DNA of 64,000 nucleotides from an uncultured Elusimicrobia bacterium (GTDB taxonomy: Bacteria > Elusimicrobiota > Elusimicrobia > 2-01-FULL-59-12). Below, in pieces: positions 1-9,634 of this stretch. How positions within the stretch are numbered: the stretch's first letter is position 1; every line of letters begins with the position of its first letter. The stretch is taken from positions 3,012-67,011 of the forward strand of contig CAZDML010000002.1 of assembly GCA_964506645.1 (NCBI GenBank). The letters are read 5' to 3'. Under the pieces are notes generated by a model, which was not told the DNA's origin, ran no database searches, and was given only the letters and a program-made list of their open reading frames with translations. Position numbers and translations under genes: made by a program.

Positions 1-1382
1 AGTGGCAGTCCCATGACGCGTCCCACATCACGCACGACCAAGCGTGCCAGCATCGATCCAAACGTCACAATCTGTGCCACGCTCTTCTCGCCGTACTTCT
101 GACGCACGTATTGAATCACGCGCTCGCGGCCTTCGTCCGAAAAGTCGATATCCAAGTCGGGCATGCTCTTACGGTCGGGGTTTAGAAAACGTTCAAAGAG
201 AAGGTTGTACTTCACTGGGCAGACATCGGTAATCCCCAACGCATAGGCGACCAGGGCCCCCGCGCCCGATCCTCGACCCGGGCCCACGGGTATCCCATTT
301 TTCTTCGCCCAATGGATGAAATCCCACACGATCAGGAAGTAGGTCGAGAATCCCATCTTCCGGACAATGCCAAGCTCGTAGCGAAGCCGCTCGTGGTAGG
401 CCGAGGCTGTCGCGCCGTAGCGGCGTTCAAGACCCTGCAGACAAAGTTTTTCCAAATAGGTGTCAGCATTTTCGCCAGCAGGAACATCAAAATTCGGCAG
501 GAGCATCTGATCAAACTTCATCGACACGTTGCAGCGCTCGGCAATTTCCAGCGTCCGCTTCACGGCGTCTGGATGCGCTTTAAACACCTGATACATTTCG
601 GCCGCCGACTTGTAGTAAAACTCATGCGCGTTAAAACGCAGGCGGTTCGGCTCATCGAGCGTACTGCCGGTGCCGATGCACAGCAGGGCATCATGAACCG
701 CGGAATCTTCTTTCTTTAAATAGTGGCAGTCGTTGGTGGCAACCAGTGGAATGCCGGTCTTCTTGGAGAGTTCAATGAGGCGTTCATTCTGCCGGCGCTG
801 GTCCTCGAGACCATGGTCCATAAGCTCCAGGTAATAGTTTTCTTTGCCAAAAATATCCTGATAACTTTCCACCACGCTCATAACGCGCGATTCTTTGCCA
901 TCCAGCAGCGCTTCCGCCAGTTCCCCTTTTAAACACCCGGACAGCGCAATGAGGCCCTGGCCGTATTGTTTCAGGATTTCTTTGTCGACGCGCGGCTTGT
1001 AGTAGTAGCCTTCTAAAAATCCGATGGAACAAAGTTTGATGAGGTTGTGATAGCCCGTCATGTCTTTGGCCAGCACGGTGAAATGATAGAAGGCGTCTTC
1101 CTGGCCGCGGATGGAAGTGCGGTCGTGGCGGGACTTAGGGGCGATGTACATTTCACAGCCGATAATCGGCTTCACACCCACGGCCGTGGCTGCCTGGTAA
1201 AACTCCATGGCCCCGTAAAGGTTGCCGTGGTCGGTCAGCGCGAGTGCGGGCATTTTCATGGCCGCGATGGTCTTCAGCCATTCCCCCGGTTTGCCTTTTT
1301 CGTCCGTAATACGGCAGGCCCCATCGAGCAGGGAAAATTCAGAATGCGAATGCAGGTGAACGAACTGGGGAATCTCAGGCAT
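1..1382 (-). CDS. dnaE: DNA polymerase III alpha subunit, N-terminal PHP-domain part (about 460 aa; the gene continues beyond the window start)
   Basis: Minus-strand translation from ATG at 1382-1380 begins [22 protein letters not shown], the canonical DnaE/PHP N-terminus. The frame stays open to nt 1 and ends ..[16 protein letters not shown], matching the DnaE region near residue 440. It is absent from the ORF track only because no stop codon lies inside the window. Confidence 0.9.
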   Translation of the reverse strand, partial: MPEIPQFVHLHSHSEFSLLDGACRITDEKGKPGEWLKTIAAMKMPALALTDHGNLYGAMEFYQAATAVGVKPIIGCEMYIAPKSRHDRTSIRGQEDAFYHFTVLAKDMTGYHNLIKLCSIGFLEGYYYKPRVDKEILKQYGQGLIALSGCLKGELAEALLDGKESRVMSVVESYQDIFGKENYYLELMDHGLEDQRRQNERLIELSKKTGIPLVATNDCHYLKKEDSAVHDALLCIGTGSTLDEPNRLRFNAHEFYYKSAAEMYQVFKAHPDAVKRTLEIAERCNVSMKFDQMLLPNFDVPAGENADTYLEKLCLQGLERRYGATASAYHERLRYELGIVRKMGFSTYFLIVWDFIHWAKKNGIPVGPGRGSGAGALVAYALGITDVCPVKYNLLFERFLNPDRKSMPDLDIDFSDEGRERVIQYVRQKYGEKSVAQIVTFGSMLARLVVRDVGRVMGLP

Positions 1383-2451
1383 GGGGGGTCAGCGAAGCGG
1401 CGGTGGCTGCGGGAAGCTCGGGGTGAGCACCTTCCCCGGCGGCCTGCAGTTTGTCTTCAAACCGAGTGAGGCGTTTCTCCGATTCGCCAAACGATTTCTG
1501 GGCGTTGGTCAGGTGAAATCCGATTTTGCGGAAATCTTCGCCAAACCGCTCTAGCTCCACGCGCAGGCGATTCAGGTGATCCATGATTTCCTTGGCACGT
1601 TCTTCGACACGCATCCCGCGAAATCCCTGGGCGAGCGTCAAAAGATAAGCATAAAACGAATTGGGAGACACGGGCATCACTTGGCGAGAAATGGCGTACG
1701 CATACATGGCCTTCTCGCCGTCTTCTTCTTCCCCTTTAATAATCGTTTCGTAGTACACGTTCTCTGCTGGAATATACATCAGCGCAAAATGGAATGTCCC
1801 TTCCTCAGGAAGAATGTATTTGTTGGCGATGTCATCGATGTGTTTTTTGACGTTGCGTGCAAATTCTTTACGCGCTGCTTTGCGATCGGCGTCATTGGTG
1901 GCATCGAGCATGCGCTTGAAGTTTTCCAGCGGGAACTTAGCGTCGACCGGCACAATCCCTTCACTGAGCCGGATAATCGCATCGACAATCGTGCCGGACC
2001 GGAAATGGTGCTGCATCGCGTAATGTTCCGGGGGCAAAATCTCACGCAACAGGTTTTCCAGAAGGACTTCGCCCATGCCGCCGCGAAGCTTTGGCGGTCG
2101 CAGGATGTCTTGAAGACTCGACACGTCTTTCATCATCGATTGAATCTGGGTATTGGCTTGAGACAGTTGGCCCAGCTGTCCGCGCAGTTCTCCGAAAAGT
2201 TTGGCGGCGTTATCGAGCCGCTGATTCACGTCCACTGAAGAGTTCTGGATGCCTTTGGATACCGATTCCAGCTGCGACTGGAGGAGGGTGGCGTTCTGAG
2301 AAAGGCTTTGCGCGACCTGGGTCCGGAGGTTTTCAATCTGCTGCTGCATGAGCGGCAGCGCGGGGTCGGCCGGCGCCGCTTTCGGGCGTGAAACCACCCA
2401 TAAAAGGGCAATGACCAGGAGAAGAATAACGACTAAGAGGGCAATGAGCAT
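1375..2451 (-). CDS. rmuC: DNA recombination protein RmuC (N-terminal TM anchor, long coiled coil, RmuC nuclease-like C-terminus)
   Basis: 358-aa ORF with an N-terminal hydrophobic anchor ([19 protein letters not shown]), a Q/L-rich coiled coil and the conserved RmuC C-terminal region (..[33 protein letters not shown]..). It overlaps the dnaE start by 8 nt. Confidence 0.85.
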   Translation of the reverse strand: MLIALLVVILLLVIALLWVVSRPKAAPADPALPLMQQQIENLRTQVAQSLSQNATLLQSQLESVSKGIQNSSVDVNQRLDNAAKLFGELRGQLGQLSQANTQIQSMMKDVSSLQDILRPPKLRGGMGEVLLENLLREILPPEHYAMQHHFRSGTIVDAIIRLSEGIVPVDAKFPLENFKRMLDATNDADRKAARKEFARNVKKHIDDIANKYILPEEGTFHFALMYIPAENVYYETIIKGEEEDGEKAMYAYAISRQVMPVSPNSFYAYLLTLAQGFRGMRVEERAKEIMDHLNRLRVELERFGEDFRKIGFHLTNAQKSFGESEKRLTRFEDKLQAAGEGAHPELPAATAASLTPHA

Positions 2452-2501
2452 TGGGGTTAGGGCAGTACCGGAACGATACTACGGGTTTATTGTACCACTA
2501 C

Positions 2502-2864
2502 TTAAGGAAGGATGCCGAGCGCAAGCCAGGCGCCCGCCGTATCAATCGCCACGTCACGCGGCGACCCTACGCGCCCCAGGATAAAGTGCTGGTGGTATTC
2601 ATCGCTCACGGCATAGAGCGCACACAGGGTCAACGTCACGACAAACACCTTCTTCCACGTCCACGTATCAAAGGAATGCATTAAAGCGCGCGCCAGTAAT
2701 CGCGCCAGAATTGCGTATTCCACCATATGCGCGATTTTTCGCAAGAGAAAGTCCCATGGGCCTTCGACCATGCGCAGATAGGGAATGTGCGAGAGATAAA
2801 AAATAAGGGTCGCCCAGAGAAGGACGGGCAGCCAGTAAATAAAAAAGCGTTTGATCTGTTTCAT
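2502..2864 (-). CDS. VanZ-like family membrane protein
   Basis: Polytopic membrane ORF (..FFIYWLPVLLWATLIFYLSH..HMVEYAILARLL..LCALYAVSDEYHQHF..) typical of the VanZ family. I prefer the start MKQIKRFF (ATG 2864-2862), which forms an ATGA overlap with the stop of the upstream gene. The track ORF extends to 2927. Confidence 0.65.
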   Translation of the reverse strand: MKQIKRFFIYWLPVLLWATLIFYLSHIPYLRMVEGPWDFLLRKIAHMVEYAILARLLARALMHSFDTWTWKKVFVVTLTLCALYAVSDEYHQHFILGRVGSPRDVAIDTAGAWLALGILP

Positions 2865-3619
2865 CGACGTTTCTTCCAATCCTGATAGGCCGGATACCAT
2901 CCCTGCACTTTCCAGAGAAGCTCCCAACCGTTGGTGCGCGGAAACACAACCACACGTCGCAAGCGAAACACATTTTCGGCATGGTTGCGGCGGCCATGGT
3001 CCGTCACAAAAGCGCCCTGATAGCCCGCCTCAAACACCATCCGGTCAACGTCTTCTGTCGTTTCGCCATAGGGATAGGCAAATGTCGGAAGGGTTTCGCC
3101 GAGAATGTCTTCCAGCTTCTTTTTGTTATCGATGATTTCACGACGGGCGGTTACCGCGTCAACCTGAGGCAAGTGCACGTGACTGGCCGTATGTCCGCCT
3201 ACTTCCATGCCGGCTTTTCGCCAGGTGCGTAGTCCTTCTGCTGTGAGCAGTTTCGCGCGGCCATCGTCCCAGCGATTGGTTTCCCCCAAATAGGCCGACA
3301 CCGAAAATACCGTCGCCGTAAATCCCGCGTCTTTTAAAAGGGGCAGAGCGAGTTCGGTCATGTCTTCATAGGCATCATCAAATGTAATACCGACCGATCG
3401 CGCGGGAGCGCTTTTCCCTTCTTTGAGAAGAGCAACGTATTGATTCAGGGAGATGCTGCGATAGCCGAAGCGTCGCAGCAGCTGCAAATGCGACCGCAGT
3501 TGATCCGCACTGACGGCAATCCGATGCGGATCGACCGCCCGGGTCGGCGTTTCGTTAATGACGCGATGATACGTGAGTATGGGTAAGTAGGGCATAAACC
3601 TGGTCCACCGCTTGGGCAA
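2861..3619 (-). CDS. polysaccharide deacetylase (NodB homology / CE4 family)
   Basis: ILTYHRV.. N-terminus, TFDDAYED (TFDD metal-binding motif), ..GGHTASHVHL.. and FAYPYGE motifs, which are the NodB-domain signature. An alternative start is MPYLPILTYHRV at about 3595. Confidence 0.8.
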   Translation of the reverse strand: MPKRWTRFMPYLPILTYHRVINETPTRAVDPHRIAVSADQLRSHLQLLRRFGYRSISLNQYVALLKEGKSAPARSVGITFDDAYEDMTELALPLLKDAGFTATVFSVSAYLGETNRWDDGRAKLLTAEGLRTWRKAGMEVGGHTASHVHLPQVDAVTARREIIDNKKKLEDILGETLPTFAYPYGETTEDVDRMVFEAGYQGAFVTDHGRRNHAENVFRLRRVVVFPRTNGWELLWKVQGWYPAYQDWKKRR

Positions 3620-4637
3620 CCGATGTTAGATTGTAATAGGTTTCGACGTGCTGACGGCCCCAGGGGCCGAGCGTTTTCATCCGAGCTGAATCGGTCAGCG
3701 CCTGGCGCAACGAAAGCTCGAGCATTGCCGGGACAAAACGCAGACCGCTTAAATGATCGCCAAAATTAGTTTCCAAGCAGGACGCCAACGTCTCCGGCGA
3801 CACGAGTCCGAGAATCCCTCCCTCCCCCATCGCAATGACAGGCTTTTCCTGCGCCATGCTTTCCAAGGCGGACCGCCCTCCCGCAATGACGACGTCACAC
3901 CCCGCCACATAAGACGCCAAGTTAGGAATAAATCCGACCGCTTGAATCGTGCTGGGGGCAATGGCTTGGCTCACGACTGCCAGTTCGCGCTCGAGGTCGG
4001 CACGGTGTTCCTCGGGCACGCGGCCCGCGACCAGAAACTGCATACGCGGCAGCGTTTTCCCACAGCGCTTGAGCACATCAAAAACAAACGAGGCGGCTCG
4101 CCAGCGTCCTCCTGTTAAGCGGCCGAGCAAAAGCACTTTCGGGACGTCCCCGGGCGAAGCGGGGGTGGCGGGTGGGAGGTCGATGCCGTTGCGAATGAGA
4201 TGAATTCGCTCTTTGGGAAATTTGAAGTGGGTTTCAAGGTGGCGCGCCACGACCTCGTCGATGGCAATGGCCTGATCGCCCAAACAAGGAAAAAGTTTTG
4301 AGAAAAGGTGAACGGGTGGCGGCTGATGAATGGTGGTCACGTGAGGGATCTTGCAGAGCGCGGCGGCCTGGGCTGCCACCCAATGCGCCCGACGCGAGTG
4401 CGAATGCACGAGATCAATTTTATGCTCCTCGATGAAACGTTTGACGCGCAAAGTATTGCGCACCCCGCCCGGAATCGCCTTCTGCGAGATCGGCAGCGAG
4501 AGATACTCCTGGCCATAGTGAAGCGTATCAGAGATCCAGAAAACCTTGTGGCGCGGGCCCCACGCTTTGGCGAGGGACACACAGTAGGTTTCGGAGCCGG
4601 CTGGCTCCAGGCACGATAAGAGGAAGAGAATGTTCAC
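3555..4637 (-). CDS. glycosyltransferase, GT-B fold (family 1/4-like)
   Basis: Has the N-terminal Rossmann-like NILFLLSCLEPAGSE and a C-terminal donor-binding half (..LLLGRLTGGRW..AGRVPEE..IAGG..EKPVIAMGEGG..). The likely start is GTG 4637-4635 (VNILFL), immediately after the stop of the downstream amidase gene. The track ORF extends to 4739. Confidence 0.7.
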   Translation of the reverse strand: MNILFLLSCLEPAGSETYCVSLAKAWGPRHKVFWISDTLHYGQEYLSLPISQKAIPGGVRNTLRVKRFIEEHKIDLVHSHSRRAHWVAAQAAALCKIPHVTTIHQPPPVHLFSKLFPCLGDQAIAIDEVVARHLETHFKFPKERIHLIRNGIDLPPATPASPGDVPKVLLLGRLTGGRWRAASFVFDVLKRCGKTLPRMQFLVAGRVPEEHRADLERELAVVSQAIAPSTIQAVGFIPNLASYVAGCDVVIAGGRSALESMAQEKPVIAMGEGGILGLVSPETLASCLETNFGDHLSGLRFVPAMLELSLRQALTDSARMKTLGPWGRQHVETYYNLTSVAQAVDQVYALLTHTHVSSRH

Positions 4638-4638
4638 C

Positions 4639-6366
4639 TTACGGTTGGACGAGGAACTCTTTGATGCCTTGCAATATCGATTTGGCCACGCTCTGGTGGA
4701 AGGTGCTGTCGAGCAGAAGCACTTCCTGCTCCGGCACAATGATATACGCCTGTTCGGTTAGCACGGCGGGCATCTGCGTCATGCGGCACACGGCAAAATC
4801 GGCGTAGAAGAGCCCGCGATCCGGCAAAAGTGTGTTCTTTTTGTAATACCCATGAATCGCTCGCGCCAGGGGCATGCTTTGCGGATGGTAGGCATAGATA
4901 CTGAACCCGTTGGTGACGAGCGGGTTCTCTCCAAATCCCGAGGCATTGCAGTGCACGCTCACAAAAAGCCGCGCCTGATTGGCCCAGGCAATAACGTGCC
5001 GCTGGTAGAGCGGCACATCGGCATCTTTATCACGAATAAGAAAGGGTTTGGCTCCGGCTTTTTCCAGGCGGTCGGCCACGACTTTGGCAATTTGAAGATT
5101 GATGTCCTTCTCGCGCGTGCCATGCGGGCCGGTGGCGCCCATTTCGGTACCGCCGTGTCCGGCATCGACCGCAATCACCATCCCTTCAAGGGATGTGGAC
5201 GGCCAGGGCTTGCGGATTTCAATCACGAACGTGTTGCCTTCGTAACGCGTGTCATAGCCCCACCACTTCTTAAAGCGCGGCTGTATGAGGATCTGACAGG
5301 TTTCTGGACCGACCTGCTTCCAGCGAATATTTTGAATCAGGGGGTCTTCGGGATCGTACCGGATAAGATCCGTTTTATTGGATGCCCCATAAAACGTCAA
5401 CGTCAGCAGGGTGGGATCCATGGTGTGTTCGGTCCGGTAGGGAAGTACATCTTCGAGCGGAATGCGGATTAACGTGCTCTCCGGCTGATGCGTGACCGTG
5501 ATATTGGACAAGAGGCTTCGCGGGGCGGACGATCCAGGCGGCAATTCCTGCACGGCACTTTCTTTGATCCAGCCGCTTTGCGTTGGTGAAAGCCGAATGC
5601 GCCACTGCCCATTGGATTTTCCCGTCAACTGAACGCGCATTCCCTTGTATACAAACATGTCGTAGCCGCCATCCGGAGCCGTGCGAACCGCACAGACATC
5701 TTCAGTAATCTGGCCGATGCGGGGGACCCGTATGGCTTCGACTGTGACGCGTCCTTTGCTCGAAGCGTCGGTTTCCCGACCGTTTAATTTGAGCACCGCC
5801 TGCACATTCACATGATCGGCTGAATCGCCCTGCGGAAGAACATAGGTCCCTTTGTATACCCCACGGCCCCCGGCATCAATCAAAGGAATATGTTTCTTGA
5901 GCCCATGAATGTTGCACCAAGCTTCGCCGCCGGGGGACCCTTGAAACGACAACGACAAGACATCGCCAGGCATCAACCACATATCGTCCTGCGGCGCCAC
6001 AGATCCGGGCTCAATCGTCAGGGGTTTGGTGGGGCTGACACGAAATCCTTCTGCCACCGTGAAGCGGCGGTCGAGCTGGGTCACTTCTCCGGATGCATTG
6101 CGCACTTCAAAATGCAGAACATTCTCTCCCGGCGTGACGGGCTGCATAATCAGAAAGCCGCCCTGCGCATGCACAGACATGGAGCTGCCGTTCACAGAAA
6201 CCATGCTGCCGGGGGTGACAGCCCCGTATACAAAAAGCTGAGAGATCGAAGGCACCTTCATGCCCTCGGAAGGATGAATCACACTCACGTTAGGCGCCTG
6301 AGCAAACACTCCGGCAGAAATAGATAGCAGTCCTGCCGCAAGCAGTGAGAAACGTGTCACGTTCAT
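4639..6366 (-). CDS. N-acetylmuramoyl-L-alanine amidase (Amidase_3 catalytic domain, AmiC-like) with signal peptide and ~380-aa N-terminal beta-rich extension
   Basis: Signal peptide MNVTRFSLLAAGLLSISAGVFAQA. The C-terminal 190 aa (IAVDAGHGG..REKD..VSVHCNA..GFSIYAYH..LTEQAYI) match the zinc amidase Amidase_3 fold. Confidence 0.8.
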   Translation of the reverse strand: MNVTRFSLLAAGLLSISAGVFAQAPNVSVIHPSEGMKVPSISQLFVYGAVTPGSMVSVNGSSMSVHAQGGFLIMQPVTPGENVLHFEVRNASGEVTQLDRRFTVAEGFRVSPTKPLTIEPGSVAPQDDMWLMPGDVLSLSFQGSPGGEAWCNIHGLKKHIPLIDAGGRGVYKGTYVLPQGDSADHVNVQAVLKLNGRETDASSKGRVTVEAIRVPRIGQITEDVCAVRTAPDGGYDMFVYKGMRVQLTGKSNGQWRIRLSPTQSGWIKESAVQELPPGSSAPRSLLSNITVTHQPESTLIRIPLEDVLPYRTEHTMDPTLLTLTFYGASNKTDLIRYDPEDPLIQNIRWKQVGPETCQILIQPRFKKWWGYDTRYEGNTFVIEIRKPWPSTSLEGMVIAVDAGHGGTEMGATGPHGTREKDINLQIAKVVADRLEKAGAKPFLIRDKDADVPLYQRHVIAWANQARLFVSVHCNASGFGENPLVTNGFSIYAYHPQSMPLARAIHGYYKKNTLLPDRGLFYADFAVCRMTQMPAVLTEQAYIIVPEQEVLLLDSTFHQSVAKSILQGIKEFLVQP

Positions 6367-7007
6367 CGTTGAAGGACGCGGGGACGCCAGTAGGGAAGGA
6401 TGTAGGCTTTCGGATCGGTCGGGATCTGCAGCTGCGTACCGGGGTCGACGTTGTCAAAATCGTTGATGTGCGCTTCGTTGGCCCGCCAGATGGTCACCCA
6501 TCCCGGCCCTTGATGGAAGGGCGATTGCGTCACGGCAATTTTCCAGAGGGTGTCTCCTTTTTTAACCGTATAGACACCGGCCACGGGGTTTTCACGGTCA
6601 CGGAAGGTCTTGAGTGCGGCCCACGCTTCTTTGGATGCCGCTACCGCCAGTTCCAGTTTGTCTTCGGCCAGATAACTTTTTGCCGCGCGAAGGGGATTGG
6701 CTACTTCTGGAATTTCGCCAAAATGTTGATGGAGCGGCTTGTACGCTTCACCGACCACAGCAATCGCCTGCTTGGCGCTGTTACGCAGCTTGGCGGCGGC
6801 TTCGGCCTCTTCCTGCGGCACATTCAGCGGCGGAGTACTCTGCGTTTGCTGAAGCTCATGCTGCTTCATCGCCTGAATGGCATGCGCGCGTTCAAGAGCC
6901 ATTTCCGCTTTCTCATCAGCGCGCTGCTTTAAATAAGCGGAAATACCAAAAATAAGAAAGAGGGTACCGAGGAACACAACCAGGATCTGCAGGCGAGTAA
7001 TCTTCAT
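6363..7007 (-). CDS. LysM peptidoglycan-binding domain protein with N-terminal membrane anchor
   Basis: TM anchor (LQILVVFLGTLFLIFGI), a coiled-coil linker and a C-terminal LysM-like module (YTVKKGDTLWKIAV..). It overlaps the amidase start by 4 nt. Confidence 0.65.
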   Translation of the reverse strand: MKITRLQILVVFLGTLFLIFGISAYLKQRADEKAEMALERAHAIQAMKQHELQQTQSTPPLNVPQEEAEAAAKLRNSAKQAIAVVGEAYKPLHQHFGEIPEVANPLRAAKSYLAEDKLELAVAASKEAWAALKTFRDRENPVAGVYTVKKGDTLWKIAVTQSPFHQGPGWVTIWRANEAHINDFDNVDPGTQLQIPTDPKAYILPYWRPRVLQR

Positions 7008-7016
7008 CGTAAAAGG

Positions 7017-7406
7017 TCAGTAGCGCCAGAGATGAAAACGTACATTAAATTCTCGGCGCTCATGAAAAAGCCAGCTGAGCAGCGTGCTGAATACGGAAAA
7101 CAACACCGAACCGGCAATGGCCCAGGGATAATCCCGGATCATCAAGCCCGGAATGATGTAGCCCACGCTGAAAAAGATGGCGGCATTTAAAAAAATCGTA
7201 AAGATACCCAGGGTCAAAATGTTGAGCGGCAGGGTCAGAAACAGTAGGACGGGACGAACAAAAGCGTTTAAGAGGCCGAGGACCAGTGCGCTGAAAATAC
7301 AGGCGTGCCAGGTTTGAAACCAGACGCCGCGCGGGATGAGGTACGACACCAGTAGCAGTGCGATACCGTTACTGATCCAGCGCAGAAAGAACGTTTTAAT
7401 ACCCAC
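7017..7406 (-). CDS. phage-holin-family-4 / DUF360 (YvlD-like) small membrane protein
   Basis: 129 aa with four predicted TM segments and the repeated motif ..LNAFVRPVLLFLTLPLNILTLGIFTIFLNA.. characteristic of the DUF360 / holin superfamily IV proteins. Confidence 0.6.
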   Translation of the reverse strand: MGIKTFFLRWISNGIALLLVSYLIPRGVWFQTWHACIFSALVLGLLNAFVRPVLLFLTLPLNILTLGIFTIFLNAAIFFSVGYIIPGLMIRDYPWAIAGSVLFSVFSTLLSWLFHERREFNVRFHLWRY

Positions 7407-7882
7407 TAAAACATCTCCTGTTGGATGCCGTCGCCCCCTGGGAGGGTCTGGGAGCGGTTGCGGCCTTTCAGTTTTGCCCGGTTCAACGTTTCGTTGAGCA
7501 GCTTATCCGCTCTGGCAATAAGAGCGGATTCCCGGGGAATCTGCTTGTAAAGGATCGACTCAAATCCCTGCGCTAAAGACTTTACCTTTTCTGAAAGCGC
7601 TTTCAAATGGGGGTCTTTAATTTTGTAGACGCCCTGCAGTTGATAAATCAGCAGTTCGCTGTCGGCATGGCAGACGAGATGTTTGGCTTTGCGGGTTTTG
7701 GCAAGTTCCAGGGCAAACAGGAGCGCAAGGTATTCTGCCCGGTTGTTGGTGGTTTCACCGATCAGATGGCTGGCTTCCAGCAGAACATTGTCTTTGGCGT
7801 CACAGATCACGACGCCGATCGCCGCCGGCCCCGGATTTCCCCTCGCACCCCCATCGGAATAGGTATGCAGGGTAGCCGACAT
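7406..7882 (-). CDS. rnhA: ribonuclease HI (type 1 RNase H)
   Basis: TYSDGGARGNPGPAAIGVV.. and ..TTNNRAEYLALLFALE.. are the RNase HI catalytic motifs (DEDD). Its stop overlaps the DUF360 start. Confidence 0.75.
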   Translation of the reverse strand: MSATLHTYSDGGARGNPGPAAIGVVICDAKDNVLLEASHLIGETTNNRAEYLALLFALELAKTRKAKHLVCHADSELLIYQLQGVYKIKDPHLKALSEKVKSLAQGFESILYKQIPRESALIARADKLLNETLNRAKLKGRNRSQTLPGGDGIQQEMF

Positions 7883-8379
7883 CAGCGGTAATTCTCGAAC
7901 TGGAGGGCCAAACCGTAATCGGCACTGCGAAGAAACGTAATCACGCTCTGGAGTTCATCTTTGGATTTGCTGCTCACGCGCAGCTGATCGCCCTGAATGC
8001 TGGCCTGGACTTTAAATTTCTGATCTTTAATCGCACGAACAATTTCTTTGGCTTTATCGGAGACGATCCCCTGGGTCAGTTTGGCTACCTGACGCACGGT
8101 CCCGCGTTCGGCAGGCTCGATCGACTGCATGTCGAGCGCTTTCAGCGACACGCCGCGCTTTACAAATTTGCTATGCAGAATATCGATAACGCTCTTAAGC
8201 TTCTGTTCGTCGTCGGAATAGAGCGTAATTTTCGATTCCTTCTTATCGAGATCCATTCGCGAGACACTGCCTTTAAAATCAAACCGTGTGCCGATTTCTT
8301 TGTTGGCCTGTGCCACTGCGTTCTCGACTTCTTGCATATTTAATTTTGAAACAACATCAAAAGATGATTCGTCTCCCAT
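7882..8379 (-). CDS. yajQ: YajQ family nucleotide (cyclic-di-GMP) binding protein (UPF0234)
   Basis: 165 aa with N-terminus ..SSFDVVSKLNMQEVENAVAQANKEIGTRFDFKG.. collinear with the YajQ family (PSFDIVSEVDLQEV.NAV..). It has the duplicated ferredoxin-like halves typical of the family. Confidence 0.85.
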   Translation of the reverse strand: MGDESSFDVVSKLNMQEVENAVAQANKEIGTRFDFKGSVSRMDLDKKESKITLYSDDEQKLKSVIDILHSKFVKRGVSLKALDMQSIEPAERGTVRQVAKLTQGIVSDKAKEIVRAIKDQKFKVQASIQGDQLRVSSKSKDELQSVITFLRSADYGLALQFENYR

Positions 8380-8391
8380 AAGGGTCCTCGC

Positions 8392-9633
8392 TTAATCGAC
8401 GATACGTTCAAAAAAAGATTTGTGCCCGGTCGACAAGTCGCCCAGAAATTCCGCCGGTCGTTCTTCCCACACTTTAAAGTGATAGCGGATCGCATCCAAA
8501 ATGCGCAGTGTCGCTTTGCCATCCCCGTAGGGATTCACGGCATTGGCCATCCGTTCATAAGCCCGCTGATCGCTGAGCAAGCGATGAATGTCTTCAAACA
8601 CACTCTGTTCATCGACGCCGGCCACTTTGGCCGTGCCGGCCGCCACGGCTTCGGGACGTTCGGTGACTTTACGCAGCACAAGGACCGGTTTCCCCAGTGC
8701 CGGGGCTTCTTCCTGGATCCCCCCGGAGTCGGTCACTACGATATAGGAACGCTTCAGCAGATTCACGAGGTCGAGATAGTCGACCGGCGGGATCAAATGA
8801 ATCCGTTCATGCCCTTTCAGAATTTCATCCGCTGCTTTCTGCACGTTGGGATTCAAGTGCACAGGATAAATCACATAAACCCCCGGATGCTGGTCAACGA
8901 TCCTGCGCAGCGCTCGGAAAACATTTAAGAGCGGGGCGCCGTGGTTCTCGCGGCGATGCGCCGTCAGGAGAATCATCCGGGAGGCCGGCTGATTGGCCAG
9001 GCCGGAGGCTTTCGGGTCAAACATTTTCTTCAGTGTCGTATCCGTCCAGTCGTGCGCTTCGCGGATGGCAATAAAAAGTGCGTCGGTCACCGTATTGCCG
9101 GTGACATAAACCCCTTCTTTGGAAATGTTTTCCTGAAGCAAGTTGTGTTTGGCCTGATGGGTCGGCGCAAAATGAAGTGCACAGAGATGGTCGGCCAGAA
9201 CGCGACTGGATTCTTCCGGAAAGGGATTGGCTTTATCGTAGGACCGCAGGCCGGCTTCCACATGACCGATGGGAATACGATGGTAGAACGCTGAGAGCGA
9301 GGCAGCGAACGTTGTAATCGTATCGCCATGCACCAACACCAGATCGGGCTTTTCTTTATCGAGAATCGGTCCGAGTTTATTAAGCACTTCCGTGACGACA
9401 TATTCCAGGCTCTGGTTCTTCTGCATGATGTTTAAATCGTAGTCCGAAGTGATATTGAATAGCGTCATCACCTGGTCAAGCATCTCGCGGTGCTGTCCAG
9501 TCAACACAACACAGGTCGTAAAATCATTTGGACGTTTGCGCAGCGAACGCACGACCGGCGCCATCTTAATGGCTTCCGGGCGCGTCCCGAAAACGACGAG
9601 CACTTTAATGTTTTTTTTCGGGGCAGTGGACAT
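8392..9633 (-). CDS. wecB: UDP-N-acetylglucosamine 2-epimerase (non-hydrolysing)
   Basis: N-terminus KVLVVFGTRPEAIKMAPV.., then ..HVEAGLRS.., ..VTGNTVTDAL.. and a C-terminal ..VTDSGGIQEEAPALGKPVLVLR.., which are the WecB/MnaA signature blocks. Confidence 0.85.
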   Translation of the reverse strand: MSTAPKKNIKVLVVFGTRPEAIKMAPVVRSLRKRPNDFTTCVVLTGQHREMLDQVMTLFNITSDYDLNIMQKNQSLEYVVTEVLNKLGPILDKEKPDLVLVHGDTITTFAASLSAFYHRIPIGHVEAGLRSYDKANPFPEESSRVLADHLCALHFAPTHQAKHNLLQENISKEGVYVTGNTVTDALFIAIREAHDWTDTTLKKMFDPKASGLANQPASRMILLTAHRRENHGAPLLNVFRALRRIVDQHPGVYVIYPVHLNPNVQKAADEILKGHERIHLIPPVDYLDLVNLLKRSYIVVTDSGGIQEEAPALGKPVLVLRKVTERPEAVAAGTAKVAGVDEQSVFEDIHRLLSDQRAYERMANAVNPYGDGKATLRILDAIRYHFKVWEERPAEFLGDLSTGHKSFFERIVD

Positions 9634-9634
9634 A

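Noticed and set aside
8340-8522. Small minus-strand ORFs overlapping larger genes in other frames (e.g. 8340-8522, 9087-9401, 26471-26767, 26967-27278, 28052-28297)
   Set aside because: They are entirely nested within longer same-strand genes with strong homology-based support. They have no independent start signals or domain signatures.
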